This document shows, piece after piece, positions 27,035-39,000 of a stretch of 64,000 nt of DNA. This DNA comes from Lama glama (lineage: Eukaryota), in the NCBI GenBank assembly GCA_028534125.1, contig CM052818.1, positions 37,574,001 through 37,638,000 of the forward strand. The letters run 5' to 3'. Made by a program: the position numbers and the translations under genes. Position 1 is the first letter of the stretch. Every line of letters starts with the position of its first letter. The notes beneath the pieces were generated by a model. It did not search any database. It was not told the origin of the DNA and saw only the letters and a program-made list of their open reading frames with translations.

Positions 27035-27115
27035 ATTTTCCATGTGAAGCCACACTTTCTTGAGAGTCCATCAAGAATTTCCAATGTAAAGCCACACTCT
27101 CTCGAATATCCATCA
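27035..27115. repeat. Diverged tandem duplication, period 42 bp
   Basis: attttccatgtgaagccacactttcttgagagtccatca vs atttccaatgtaaagccacactctctcgaatatccatca; 31/39 identical without gaps. Confidence 0.85.
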
Positions 27116-29394
27116 TTTCTCCTCCCCACTTCGTCTAAACACCTTTGCAGTGAATTGTCCCCCATAGAGCTATTCTGTGTAGGTATTGCCTTGGTCCTAG
27201 CCCCTTTTTCTGTCTCTCTGTCGCTCTCTCTCACCCTCACATTCTTCCTTGGACACTCATGCACATCCTTTCTTGTTTCTTGTCTTCTTCTCTTCATCTC
27301 TCTCCTCTCTGCTGTACTCCCGTATCTTAGACCGATGAAGGTACATCATCTGTGACTGGTTCCTAAGAACACGCGCCCCGCCCACAGTCTTGGGTGCTTG
27401 GCCATCTCATAAATTGTCTTCTTCAGTCATCTCCCACTGGCACAGAGCGGCTCAGAAGTTCCAAAAGCAACAGCCCTTTTGTGGAAGGGAACATATGCTG
27501 CTTTACAAATTTGGCCACTGGTATTAGCTGAGTCATTTCCCACCCTTTCAGATGCCTGCTTTCCTTGCTTGTTTCCAGATTTCTCTCTCTCTCTTTTTTT
27601 TTAAACAGTTGTAGGCATCCTTCATTGTCCTGACCCAGTATCCACCTCAATCTTTTCTATTTTGTTAATTACCAAAATTTTTTAACATCCCATTCAAAGC
27701 AGTTAAAAACAATAAAAGAACATCTTACTGGAATACAACTGTTCTTCTCTCTCTGCTTTTCAGTTTGATTCTCACCCTGCATTGTGATCTAGGCAAGGTG
27801 GACATTAGCATTTTCATGTTTCTGAATATCGAGGAAAGAGATCCAGCAGGACTAAGCAACTTGTCATCAGTAACTTATCCCAAACTGCAATTATCTTTGT
27901 ACTTCATATTCTATCTCTCTTCCACTGTAGTGTAAACTTTAGAAGAAATAGGACCACTTAAGTGTAGTTCACTTTTCTTTTTTTCTCTGCCCCTCTCCTC
28001 ACCAAGCCCTGAGAAATCAATATCATATGCTGTCGATTTGAACCTGGACCTCCAGTCCAAAACTGTGTCAGGCTGGACAGTGGGGTGTCCTGACACTGCT
28101 CATCTCTGAGGCCTCAGTGTCTGTTTCCTTTAGTCTGAGTTTATCCCTGGTGACCTGCAAACACTCTTTTAGTACCTGTTTTTGTTTTTTGTTTTTTCCC
28201 ATGTTGTAGCTGTCTTTTTTTTTTTTTTCCTGTAACACTCCTAATTGCAGTTACCTGTACTTCATGTGTCTTGGCACAGGGATCTTTGACCGTTCCCTCT
28301 CTTGAATATCCAGATATTCTTCAGCAAACCTGAGAAACGAATATTCTGTGATCTGGATGTGACCCACAAGGCAGAGTTCCCTTTTGCCTCACTCTCAGTA
28401 GGTCTGGTTCCTGGGGCGGGGAGACTTCTGAGCGGCTCTGAATCTCCACACCTCCCCAGTGAGTCTTTTTCTCCTTTTATTCCTGGTTCTCCCGCTACCT
28501 CTCTGCAGCTGTTCTTTGAGACGGCGTGAATCTTAACTCTCCAGGGCTGTCAATCCCTTCCCCACATTTAATCCACATAAAAACAATAATGGAAACAATG
28601 GCCCCGAGAAATAACAATTCTTATTTCATTTATTGCCTTTTCAGAGTCTAATGTGACTCTGCAAATAAATCGTCCTGAATCAGTCTTTTCTGAAAAGCGC
28701 TGTAAAAGTGGCTCATTTTCCTCTCTTTCTTTCTTCCCTCGGCTTCTCACTTGGGATTAGTCAAACTAATTGTTGCCAGATTAAATTTGTCCATAATGTC
28801 AAGAGAGCTTTATTTTATCCCGGAGTTTCCAATGTCTGCAATGATCAGGCATCTAAGAAACAAATCAGTGCTTTTGCATGATGTTCAGCTAATAGTCCTG
28901 TTAACAAACAGGGCTCTAGACTAACAATCATGCTTCCCTCAGAGTGGACTTTGTAGAGCGTTGCATACAATTACAGGTAAACTCTGGTTTGCAATATGAT
29001 GGTAAGTTAAGACTTAGCTAGACTGTATTTTTTGAGGAACAGTCTTTCTAAAAGAGCAAAGCATTTGTGCTGACTTTTCAGAGCTGGAAATTCTCCTGCC
29101 CCCTCCCCTTCTCTGACACACGTATTCTGGGCTCTTGGACGTGGTTGTCAGTGATGGTTTTATTAGAACTGTTGTGTCATAGACTTGCCAGCCCAAACCA
29201 GGTAAAGACTTGGTGCTGAGAAAATTAGGAATTCAAAGATTTTAAGTACCTGTGCTTCTACTTAGGAAACAGATGGAGAAGAAAAGAATGATGGACTCCA
29301 AGTTTAGTTCAATTTGAGGTAAGCTCTAGGTTGATCAGTTGTTTCAGAAGCTTGAGTATCTCACCCCAATCTACCAGTTCTTTGGATTCCAGCA

Positions 29395-29610
29395 GACGTC
29401 AGTGTGGTGAACCTTGGTTCTTCTGATTGCTGGCTGTGTGTAAACTTCTTTATGTTTCGTCTTCTTTCTGAGCCTTTGTTCTCCTGTCTGTGAAATAGAG
29501 ATAGGACTACCTCCCTTGTAGTCCTGCCCTGAGGATTAACTGGAACAATATTTGCGTGGCACTTACACGGGGCTTGCACAGAGTAAAACACAGTAAAGGC
29601 ATTCGTCATT
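29395..29610 (+). mobile_element. MIR SINE
   Basis: ctgagcctttgttctcctgtctgtgaaatagagataggactacctccc..tgaggattaactgga..gcacttac is the MIR core and 3' part. Confidence 0.75.
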
Positions 29611-31945
29611 TGTCTTCTGGTCGATTCTACTATGACCCATTTCTTTTATGGCTTTATTCATTCACCAAGTATTTATTGTCTCAGGTGCCTTGCAAGATGT
29701 TATGAATATAGAGCCAAAAAATGCTTGGTGTGTGCTCTTCGTGAGCTCCTGCACCGGCAGGAGACGCAGATAAGGAAATCCTGCCATTAGAGTTCAGATA
29801 GTTAAGTGCCCCAGTGGAGGGGAAAACGGGAGCTTGAGCTGTCATGTCCCCATCACTGCGTGCTTGCTGCAGGGAGGAGGCTGTCCCCCGCACTCAGCAC
29901 AGGCCAGGAGCGCAGAGGGATGGCACCTGGTCAGCTCCGGGGGCAGGGGACCCACAGGGAGGAGGGCGGGGAGTTGGTGGTGAGGTTTCCGTAACCTTCT
30001 GTTGCGCACAGGGTCAGGTTCTCCTCTCTGAATCCAGATTTCTCTCTCTGTCCTGCTTCCTAATCAGTCGTGAAGAAGTGCCAGTCCCTTGGGAGGACTT
30101 TGGCCAACACTCTGTGTCTGTCTTGGGGTCAAGGAGATACTGAAAACCCGAAGAGTCTTAGAGGAACATGTGGACAGTTCTTTCAACCTCACAGTCATGT
30201 CTGAGCCTAACCATTACCCCCTTAGAAACTGAGTCTCCGAGGGGAAAGTTATTTACCTTGGATGAGATAGATGGTTTGGGGCAGAGCCAAGACGAGGACC
30301 CGGGTCTCCCGTCTCCTGGTTCTCAGCTACTTCTGTGAGCTGAATCCATCAGAGAGGTGACAGAGCAGCACTGTAGGCAAGGAATCACAAACATCAGTGT
30401 TGTAACGACTCTAAATAACAACGCCTCCCTATTACCAAGTGCCTTTTGTACCAGATACTGTTCAAAGCTTTTGCATAGTAGTAATTTATTTGAACCTTCT
30501 AGCAACACTAGGACTTAAATCCTCTTATTCTTACTTTATAAAAAGAGTAAAAGAGATATTAAGTGGTTGTCCCAGGTCACACACCAATAGCTGGCAGAGG
30601 AAGCCTTCCAGCAGCCCGTCCGAGCCTCTGAAGGCCTCTCCATGCTGTCCTCCCTCCATGTCACTTCCTGAATGACCACCATGTGCCCAAACCTGTGCCA
30701 GGCGTTCCAGGGTCAGGAGTAGCAGTGTGACCCCCGATCACAGGGTCAAATCAGCACCTTCAGAGTGAGAGGGGATAACTGGCAAGTCAGAGCACAGACT
30801 CACAAAACCACAGATGAGCAGAGGTGGTCTTCTGAGACATCAGAACTTCTGTTAAAAATCAGGGCATCGGCTAGGGGCCGTGATGGGTGATCTGGCCGGG
30901 CCCTGCTTGGTTCCGTTTTCTGTCATGCATTGACTGTGCTTATACTTGGGTGTGTGTTATGAAGCAAGTGTTGTCCAATGAGTTGGGAGAGAGATGGAAA
31001 GGACAGCCCTACCGTGGGATGTGAGCAAAGGAGACCCGCTGGGAAGAACTCTTGCCTTTCTGCCGTCCAGGCCATCCTGTAGCTGCCTCTCACCTCCCTT
31101 ATTTTTTCCTTCGTGAAATGCTCACCCTCCTCTTCTGACAAACTCTGATTTATCCTTCAAGGCCAAAAGGAAACGTAGCCCTGCCACTGTAGCTTTCCCT
31201 TCACTTCCGGGGAAAGCTGTTCACCATTATCACTGTACAGCACTTTCTACATACCAGTCTTACAGCCTGTGTCACGTTGTATTATAATGATGCATTTACG
31301 GTCCTCACTTATATCCTTGGACAGAACCACATGTTGTCGTCATCATCTGTCCAATGCCCAGAAGAGAGTTTGGATCGTAGTAGAGAGTGTGTAAAATTTT
31401 GGGTTCCATGCTTTTGTCCTAACATCTCTTTATTTCTCATTATTCTCATTAGGCCTGTAGTGCCCCCTGGGTCCTGACTGCAGAACCCTTGATGTCAGGG
31501 TCAGTGTTTGCTCCTTCTCATTTCCCCTTGCTAAAGTGCTACCAGCAACGCTGGGAACCCGGCACGTGTGTTCTGTCCACTGGAGGTGGGGGGGCATGAT
31601 GCGTGTTTTTCCCAGTGTAACTTCTCAGCCTCTGGGTCTTTAGGAGGTGGTAGGACGAGCGTGCTCCCAGCCTGTTTCACAACTTGTAATAGCTAAGGCC
31701 CCAGTGGGGCCCCTGCCACAGAGAGGAGTCTGAGATCCATTCTTAGAGACCACGAATTGGTGCTCGTTTGCATACTCCCAGGTAGCGCCGTGTCTCTGGA
31801 GGTCTCCTGACACCTGCGCTGGCCGTACTGCCTCTAGGTGAGTTGTTTGTTCCCGAAACACCCGGAGTTTGGTCGGGATGCATTATTCATTCCTCCTTTC
31901 CATTCCATCTCATTCCATTCCAGCCTATAAAAATGATTTCTTGGT

Positions 31946-32118
31946 GGGGAGGGTATAGCTCAAGTGGTAGAACACATGCATAGCATACACAGGGTTCTGG
32001 GTTCAATTCCCAGTACCTCCATTAAAACAATAATAGTAAGTTAATAAATAGACCTAACAACCTCCCTGCCTCAAGAAATTAAATTAAATTTAAATTTAAA
32101 ATAAATAAATAAATAAAA
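31946..32118 (+). mobile_element. tRNA-derived SINE, camelid Vic-1 type
   Basis: ggggagggtaTAGCTCAAGTGGtag (A box, 31956-31967), GGTTCAATTCC (B box, 32000-32010), then cagtacctcc and an AT-rich (aaat)n tail. atttcttg flanks both sides as a candidate TSD core. Confidence 0.9.
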
Positions 32119-32124
32119 ATTTTA

Positions 32125-32490
32125 AATTTCTTGAGTGCCTACTAAGTGCCTGGCACTGTCCCCTTGTGCCTGCATCCAATAGTGAACAGAAATAATAACC
32201 AATTTCCAACCACCTAGGATTTTACATTCCGGCGAAGGGACCCACAGTAAATGATACATGGAACAAATAAATAGATGTTGTAAGATGTTAGAATAGGAGC
32301 AAGGTAGAGAGAAAGAAAGAGCTCAAGGAGAGCTAGCAGGGAGAGGCAGTAACAATTTTAAGTCTCATGATCAGGATAGGTCTCCTAGTGAAGGTAACAT
32401 CTGAGCAAAAACTTAAAGGATCTGAGGAATTTAGCCACGTACGTTTCTGGGGAAAGAGCATCCCAGGCAGAGGAAATAATCAGTGAAAAG
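32125..32490 (-). mobile_element. LINE-2 3' end, split from its terminus by the SINE
   Basis: ttgagtgcctactaagtgcctggcactg...aaggtaacatctgagcaaaaacttaaagga..ggggaaagagcatcccaggcagagg. Confidence 0.8.
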
Positions 32491-32504
32491 ACGTTACAAT
32501 AGGA

Positions 32505-32508
<4 letters not shown>

Positions 32509-32550
<42 letters not shown>
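32509..32550. repeat. (AC)21 microsatellite followed by a degenerate RY tract to ~32636
   Basis: Read directly from the sequence. Confidence 0.97.
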
Positions 32551-32553
<3 letters not shown>

Positions 32554-34194
32554 TATGTATGTACATGTATCTATACATACACACAGGTGCATATATGTAT
32601 ACACATGTGTGTATACACACAGAGACACACACATACATTGTCTTTTAATGGTGGAACAGATTTTTAATAACTGTGTGCCTGCCCCGGTCTCTCCCTCTGA
32701 GATTTCTCCAACATTCTGAAATAGAAGGTAAATTAACAGTTTTGAAATGACAGAGTCTGTCATGATTGATATTAAAACCCCACAAGGATGGACATTACAG
32801 CCTGTGGTAGGGATGAGGCTTTTAGTCCACAGGATGGTTACAGATTAAACACATTAGGACTCAGGAATTGTCACAGTTATCAGCACGTTCCAGCCTCAGG
32901 GAAAGAGCTTTCAGTGGGGAGGTGGGTTCACGGCTGCCTCCCTGCACCTGCCCTGGGCAAAAGCCCTTTGGTCCTCAGATACAAGAGGAGCAGAGCGGGC
33001 AAAGGGCAGAGGCCTCCCCTCGGGGCTCCCTGAGCCTGGTTTCCTTTCACCACACATCAGGAGCCTAGTCTCTGTCAAGGGGAGAGAGTTTCACAGGGAG
33101 ACAGTGCTGCCAGGACTTCCCAAGAGGATTCAGTCACCTTGTGTCACACGTTTCTGTGTCAGGGCTTACTCTGCTTACCAAAGCCTTGCCGGGGGGTCAG
33201 GATGGGTCGGGGAAGGGGTTGGGGACACAGCAATGAACAAGTAGAGTCTGTCCACAGCGAGTTCCAAAGGTATTAGGGAAACGAAACTAGTCATATAAAA
33301 ATAGTCAACAACTCAAGTTTCCAAATGAGTAGTTCTTTAAGTCAATGGCATAAGTGCTTAGAGAAGAAAAAAATCCCCATGGACCAGAGACACCAAGGAA
33401 AGCTTCCTGGAGGAGGCAAGGACCTGAAAAACACACGGAGGGTATGAGGCTGGTTAAGGAAGATCCTTTCAGGTTGGAGTAAATGGCTGGCAGGAGAAAG
33501 AACCTGGGTGAGGGTTGGGGGCCGGCAAGGGAAAAATCTGTAAGATGATTTAGAGTCTCCAAAGAGCCTGTTAAGTCTCCGGGTCTCCTTCCACTTCTGT
33601 CACGCTGCTGATTGTTGTGATTGTAATCATTATCAACAAAAACAGCTACAGCCTGGTGGACAGAGATTCGAATTTGTAGTCAGAGGAACTGGGTAAGTCC
33701 TAGCACCATTGATTCAACACCAGCTAATGCTTAATAATGAACTGGGAGTCAGTTTCTTCGACTGTAACACTAGGAGTACTCATGGACAACTGAGAATCAG
33801 TTGAAATAATGGTCATGAATTCTTTGTAACGAGTGAAATAAGGCGTGTATGCCCTCTTCTTATCATTGGCATCATCTTGATTATGTCACATGAGTTGTCT
33901 TCCTGAAGCTTTTAATTTAAATTTGAGACAGCTGATAACCCGATGAAGCAAATTAAAAAAAAAAAAAGTGTTTGCAGGGTCAAATACCAGCTAGCACAAA
34001 GCCAGATTGAATTGATAACAGCTCATTATTTGCAAAGCATGGGAAAGCTTTTTGCCTGAGGTATTTCTAGCAGGTTTTGTTTTCTCCACAACTGTGCTTC
34101 AATCCGCCCTCATGGCTTTGCTTGGTACTCTGCTCACAGGGAAATGGGTGTCTGTGGTCTACTTCTGCATGTCCTATGGAAAGCAGGGTATAGT

Positions 34195-34303
34195 TAAGGT
34201 GCCCATATAATTAACCATCCAAACAGGGATAGCTTTAGAGTAATTAAGAGTGCTGCTAGTAACCACGATTGTTCCAGGAAAACTGGTGTGTTTGGTCACC
34301 TTA
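34195..34303 (+). mobile_element. hAT-Blackjack MITE, MER94-like
   Basis: Imperfect terminal inverted repeats taaggtgcccat / ttggtcacctta, with internal catataattaaccatccaaacaggga. Confidence 0.7.
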
Positions 34304-35414
34304 AATACAGTTCCTTTGCTTTGATGGGTACAGTAACCTCAGAGGCTTTGAGGTGCATGCCAAAGTTACAGAGGACTATGGCTCCAGAATTTTTGCCATA
34401 GGTCACACCTCCCAGTATCGTGGCTTTGAGGAGCCCATCTGTGGGCAGTGGGGGTGGGGGGCACATGGCGCATTCCAAGGTAGGGGCTGTAATCTTCTCT
34501 CTCTCTATGTGTGTCTTTCACATCCAGATAAAGAGCCAAGGAATTCTAAAATAATCCTCTGGGTGATTTGCATTTTCAATCTCTACCACATTTGGGTGCT
34601 GATTCCTGTATGTGCTTTGGGCTCTATAAAGACTTTCTGCTTCTTTGGCATCTAAACGTCCCTTGAATCTTGTAAATTATCACATCCATTTTTACCTCTC
34701 CATTCTCTCTGTGGATCCTTGCATGAGGTAAGAAAGAAAGGTGGACTTTTTTCCCCCTTTAAAAGTGGAGACTCTGAGGTCTCAAGTTCACACGTGGGTT
34801 CAGACTTTTGTTAGCAGTTGTGACTCTCAAATGGCCATCACCCCCTTGAAGACTTCCTGGTCTGCAGCAGTAGTTTCTTATTTTGTAAGCCCATTGCACA
34901 CTGGGTATACTTTCCTTTTGATACTTAATATTTTTATTATGAATTCTCCTGGACAATGAATCTCTAAAAGGCAGAGACCATGTGTAAATTAGATGATACT
35001 GCCTCACTCTGCCTGTCTACTCCAGAATCCGGCGTGTGTTTAATGAGTTTGTGTTAACGAACCTTGTGGTCAGGATTACATGGGTCTCACTGCGGTGATA
35101 CTAGCCCAAGCTTCGAAGTCTCTTTGGAGAGAAGGCTCTGCAGAGCTGAAGACCACAAACACCCTGGCCCAGAACAGAAGATGCAGATCTGGATAAAAAG
35201 AGTTGCCAAATGTTGACCCTGCCATTGAATCAACAATTGGCTCAAACTCACAAGAGCGGGTGGATGTGGAGATCCTATTGTTACAAAACTGAGAAGACCC
35301 TGGTATTCAGGAGATTCTTAATCAAGGCCTGTTGAATGACTGAATGGATAAATCCTGTGAAAAGATAAGAGAAATGAAATGCTGTGCTATTTAAAGCCAT
35401 CTCCGCTGCACCTC

Positions 35415-35540
35415 CTTAGTGGGGGTGAGTTTTCTCCTCACTGGAAAATATTTAGACTAGGCAGGGTGATGACTTATCAGGGATGATGGGAGAAGGTAAA
35501 ACCCAGTGACAAATGAGGCTCCTTCCAGATGTGAAAATAT
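35415..35540 (+). mobile_element. L3/CR1 3'-end fragment
   Basis: gtgagttttctcctcactggaaaatatttagactaggcagggtgatgacttatcagggatg and gaggctccttccag resemble the L3 3' end. Confidence 0.55.
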
Positions 35541-38333
35541 AGACTTTAGGCACTATTTTAATTTATTTATTTTTTTTATTTTTGGCTTTTAGAAATGTCT
35601 TGTGAATACAAGTAAAGTAGCTTGACTCATATTTATCCAAAGATTTTGCATTTACAGTAACTTCTAATATTGTCCAATTGCTTTTATTTGTCCCATCAAA
35701 TCTGGAGTATAACCACCTAACAATGATAAAGGAGGGGTAGAAGAAGGGGCATTTTTAGTGGAAGCAAGATAGATATTTTTTTCCTGGGAAAACTTTGTTT
35801 TCCCTTTTTATTTTCAATTCTAGCTTCTTGGGGGAGGTATAATCTTTTGATAGGGCAAATCACCCATTCCAGATAATTTGTGTGTCAATGACAAACATAG
35901 AAAAACTATCCTAAGTTATCCAAATTTGACGTACTAGACAGGAGGAAAGATACATTATTTACTTCTTTCTTTTTTTACTTCTATTTTCCTCTTGTCAAAA
36001 ATATTGTGACTAATCTCGAAGTCTGAGACCTTGTTTTCTTAAAACAGAAAAACTAACACAATTATTGGACTGAGAGAGAGCAAAGAGAACCATGACGTAA
36101 TGTCAAAAACATTCTACTTTGAGGAGCCTAGAACTCAGATTGGGGGAAATAAATATTTAGCAGTTTCTTTCTGAGTTCACTGAATTTCATATTTAATATT
36201 GTGCTTTCCTATTATTGCTATTATTTCCATCCTAATTGCATGCCAACATAATCCAATGTTTTTCTTCCTACTAAACACTGGCTAGTCATTAGACTTGAAA
36301 TTTCTATCTTATCCTTTAGGACTGAAGGTCATGTCAAAATGGGCAAAATTACAATTATGTAAGGACTAACACCTGAAGGCGGTATCTCCGTAATTTCCAT
36401 AGACCTAAGTTAATCCGAGCTATAAAAGACTAGAACCTTGGGCTCATCAAACTGGGAAATATCACTGATTCAGAATGGAGGCTGGAGTGGAGATTGTGAG
36501 AGGGGTCTGAGGGCACCAGAAAGGTGGACAGGAGCTTGGAGAAGGGAAGAAGGGGCAGAAAGTAGGACAGAAGGTGTTTCCTTTTTATCTGGGCCAAGTC
36601 TGTGTCATTTCTCTCCCTAAATATCACCATCATTGGTAAAGATAGTTCTGTCCCCATCAGGGAAGGGCAGAAATTTCTGGAGTTAGCTGCTTAGATGACA
36701 ACGTCTTCCATTTGGCCAAGTCAATATGCATTTCTGCAGCCTTTTCCCATCATTGAAAAAAATGCAGAAATGCTGCCCATGTTTGCATTCTCTTTTACTT
36801 GCTTTGTCTCCCTGAGATACATATTTTTAAATGTATTCATTGTAACTTTAATGGGCTTCAGGAGAGAGAGGAGAACCACATAGTGCGTTACTTATGCTTT
36901 CTAATTTTGAATATATTGTTTTTAGTTCTTATGTGAGGATTAACAAGGTAAAGCACATATCACGGTGTTGCAGACAGCAAATACTCAAAATATATCATCA
37001 TCATCATCATTTTTATCACTGGCTTAGACCTTCTGTCATATATTCATTTTGTCTCTGACTTCTGACTTATACATCTGTGCCCTGACTGCAGGTGGGGCTT
37101 CTACTGGATTATAATGCTTAGTTGTAAATTCTGGTTTTACTCTTGAAACTTGTCTTTTGGCTTCCCCCAAAAGGATAAAATGGAAAAAACATTTTAAAAG
37201 GGGTGTAAAACACTTGACACCAAGCAAGTCTTTTCTCATCGATAATTTTCCCAGAGTCCTCTAACCCATACTTGGAACCAGTGTAGTTCCTGCTTGCTTG
37301 ATAGTAGATATCTTTTCCAAAGAAGAAAGCAATCCAATACAAAGAAAGATAAAAAAGTAAATAAATAGCAATAAAGCCCCCAATGCAAACTCTACCAAAA
37401 AAAAAAAAAAAGAAAGTACAAATTACAGTGAAAATTCAGAGAAGGTAGTGATTAACCATATGGAAAATTTATCCCAGAAGAGGTAACTTCTTGAAATGCA
37501 GGAAAGTGTCTTTTCCCAGGAATCTTTGTCTTTAGTCCCACAATCTAATCTTTTCCTAAATCCTTTCTCTTCTTTCTCTGCCATGCTACCTCTCACAGTT
37601 CCCGTCTCCCCATTGTCTTTGTCCTTATCCCAGGGCTGATGTTTATGACACGTCTAAAGTATGAGACCATTCTCCAAATGGGACTGCTGGTAGTTATTAT
37701 TCCCGACTCTTATCCACCCAACACACCACGGTTAGAGTAAGCAACCTTCAGTGCTATTTTGAACATGACACCCTATGATCAGAGGAGTAGAGTTTCTCCT
37801 GGCACTGTTGAAATGAAAGTTAAAGACTTCTGGTCTATTTCTAATATCTTCCCATATAGAATTCTCTCATTTGCCGTGGAATATCCATTTCTGTATTCCT
37901 TTATGAACGCATGATTAACTTAGTCAGCTAGTCAATATGTGCTTAACAGTTGGGCTCTAATCACAGAACAAGTGTCTTGTACCAGAACTTTGGCACCTGA
38001 GTTCATGCAGCTCCCTTGTTCTCTCTCTGTCTGTCTCTCTCCCTCTGTTTGGCATATGTGCGCCCTTTCCATCAAATCGCACACAGCATCCATGCCTAGT
38101 TGTTTCTGTAGTCCCTCCTGGCTGGCACAAAGGCAGTAAGCAGGTGGGTGTGTGAAACAGGATGAGCCGAAAGATTCATTCCTTTATTTTCTCCTAACTG
38201 CTTCAGCCTTCATAAAATCCAGTCCTATAGGTTATTGATTTTCACAGAAAGAAGAGAAACGAGTGGGAGTGGAGAATTATGATGTTATGTCCTAAATGAA
38301 TTTTTTGCAGCAAAAGAAGAAGGAAAAAAATAA

Positions 38334-38354
38334 CAGCAGCAGCAGCAGCAGCAG
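38334..38354. repeat. (CAG)7 trinucleotide repeat in non-coding context
   Basis: Read directly; not within any supported exon. Confidence 0.95.
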
Positions 38355-38824
38355 CTCTTCTCCGTCCTGGGCAGTTGGTCAGAAATGAGGTTTGGGGTAC
38401 GGACTAGGAAAGGCAGGAGTGCGTCTGTCCCCAGGGGAGAGCAAGCATTGATCTCTTGGGCAACTGCCCTGACTACCTCTGGAGCTGAGAATTAGGTTCA
38501 ATATGTTAGTGCTAACATTTAAGTCCTTTCAGATCTCCAGGGGCAGAATCTGCTTTCTCTTTCTCTACCTCGTTTATGTTTAGGTGAAAACTGACTTAAC
38601 TGTTTAACTTCCAGCTTTGCTCTTTACTGATACAGAAGTCCGGGTCTCAGGAAATCTGTGAACGCTTTGATGAGATGTTTTAACTCTTTATTTCACAAGC
38701 AATGTGGTGGAAATAAAGATAAACCAAGCCAAGTCTCTACCTCTATAATAATAAGGTACTTTCTAGCTAAGATAGCAAAACGGACCTGTTGTTTTGGCTC
38801 ATCATCTGTGAAGAAAACCCACCG

Positions 38825-39000
38825 CAGCAGCACGGTGTTGCTAAGACTAGACACGCATCGGAATCACTTAGGGAGCTTTTAAAAATGTGCGTTTGCACAT
38901 GCAACTTCAGCCTTGTGATCAGAATCTCCAAGGGTGGGCCCTGGCAATCTGTATTTTTTTTTTAAAGCAGTAACTTCCTTATAGTTTACATTAGCTACTA
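38825..39000. mobile_element. hAT-Charlie MITE, MER5 family
   Basis: gcatcggaatcacttagggagctttttaaaaatg...tcagaatctccaagggtgggccctggcaatctgtattttt. Confidence 0.75.

Noticed and set aside
31946..32020. tRNA gene
   Set aside because: A and B boxes are present, but it continues into a SINE body and AT tail with TSD-like flanks, so it is a tRNA-derived SINE.
38334..38354. Polyglutamine-coding CAG tract
   Set aside because: An in-frame TAA immediately precedes the repeat and there is no exon evidence.
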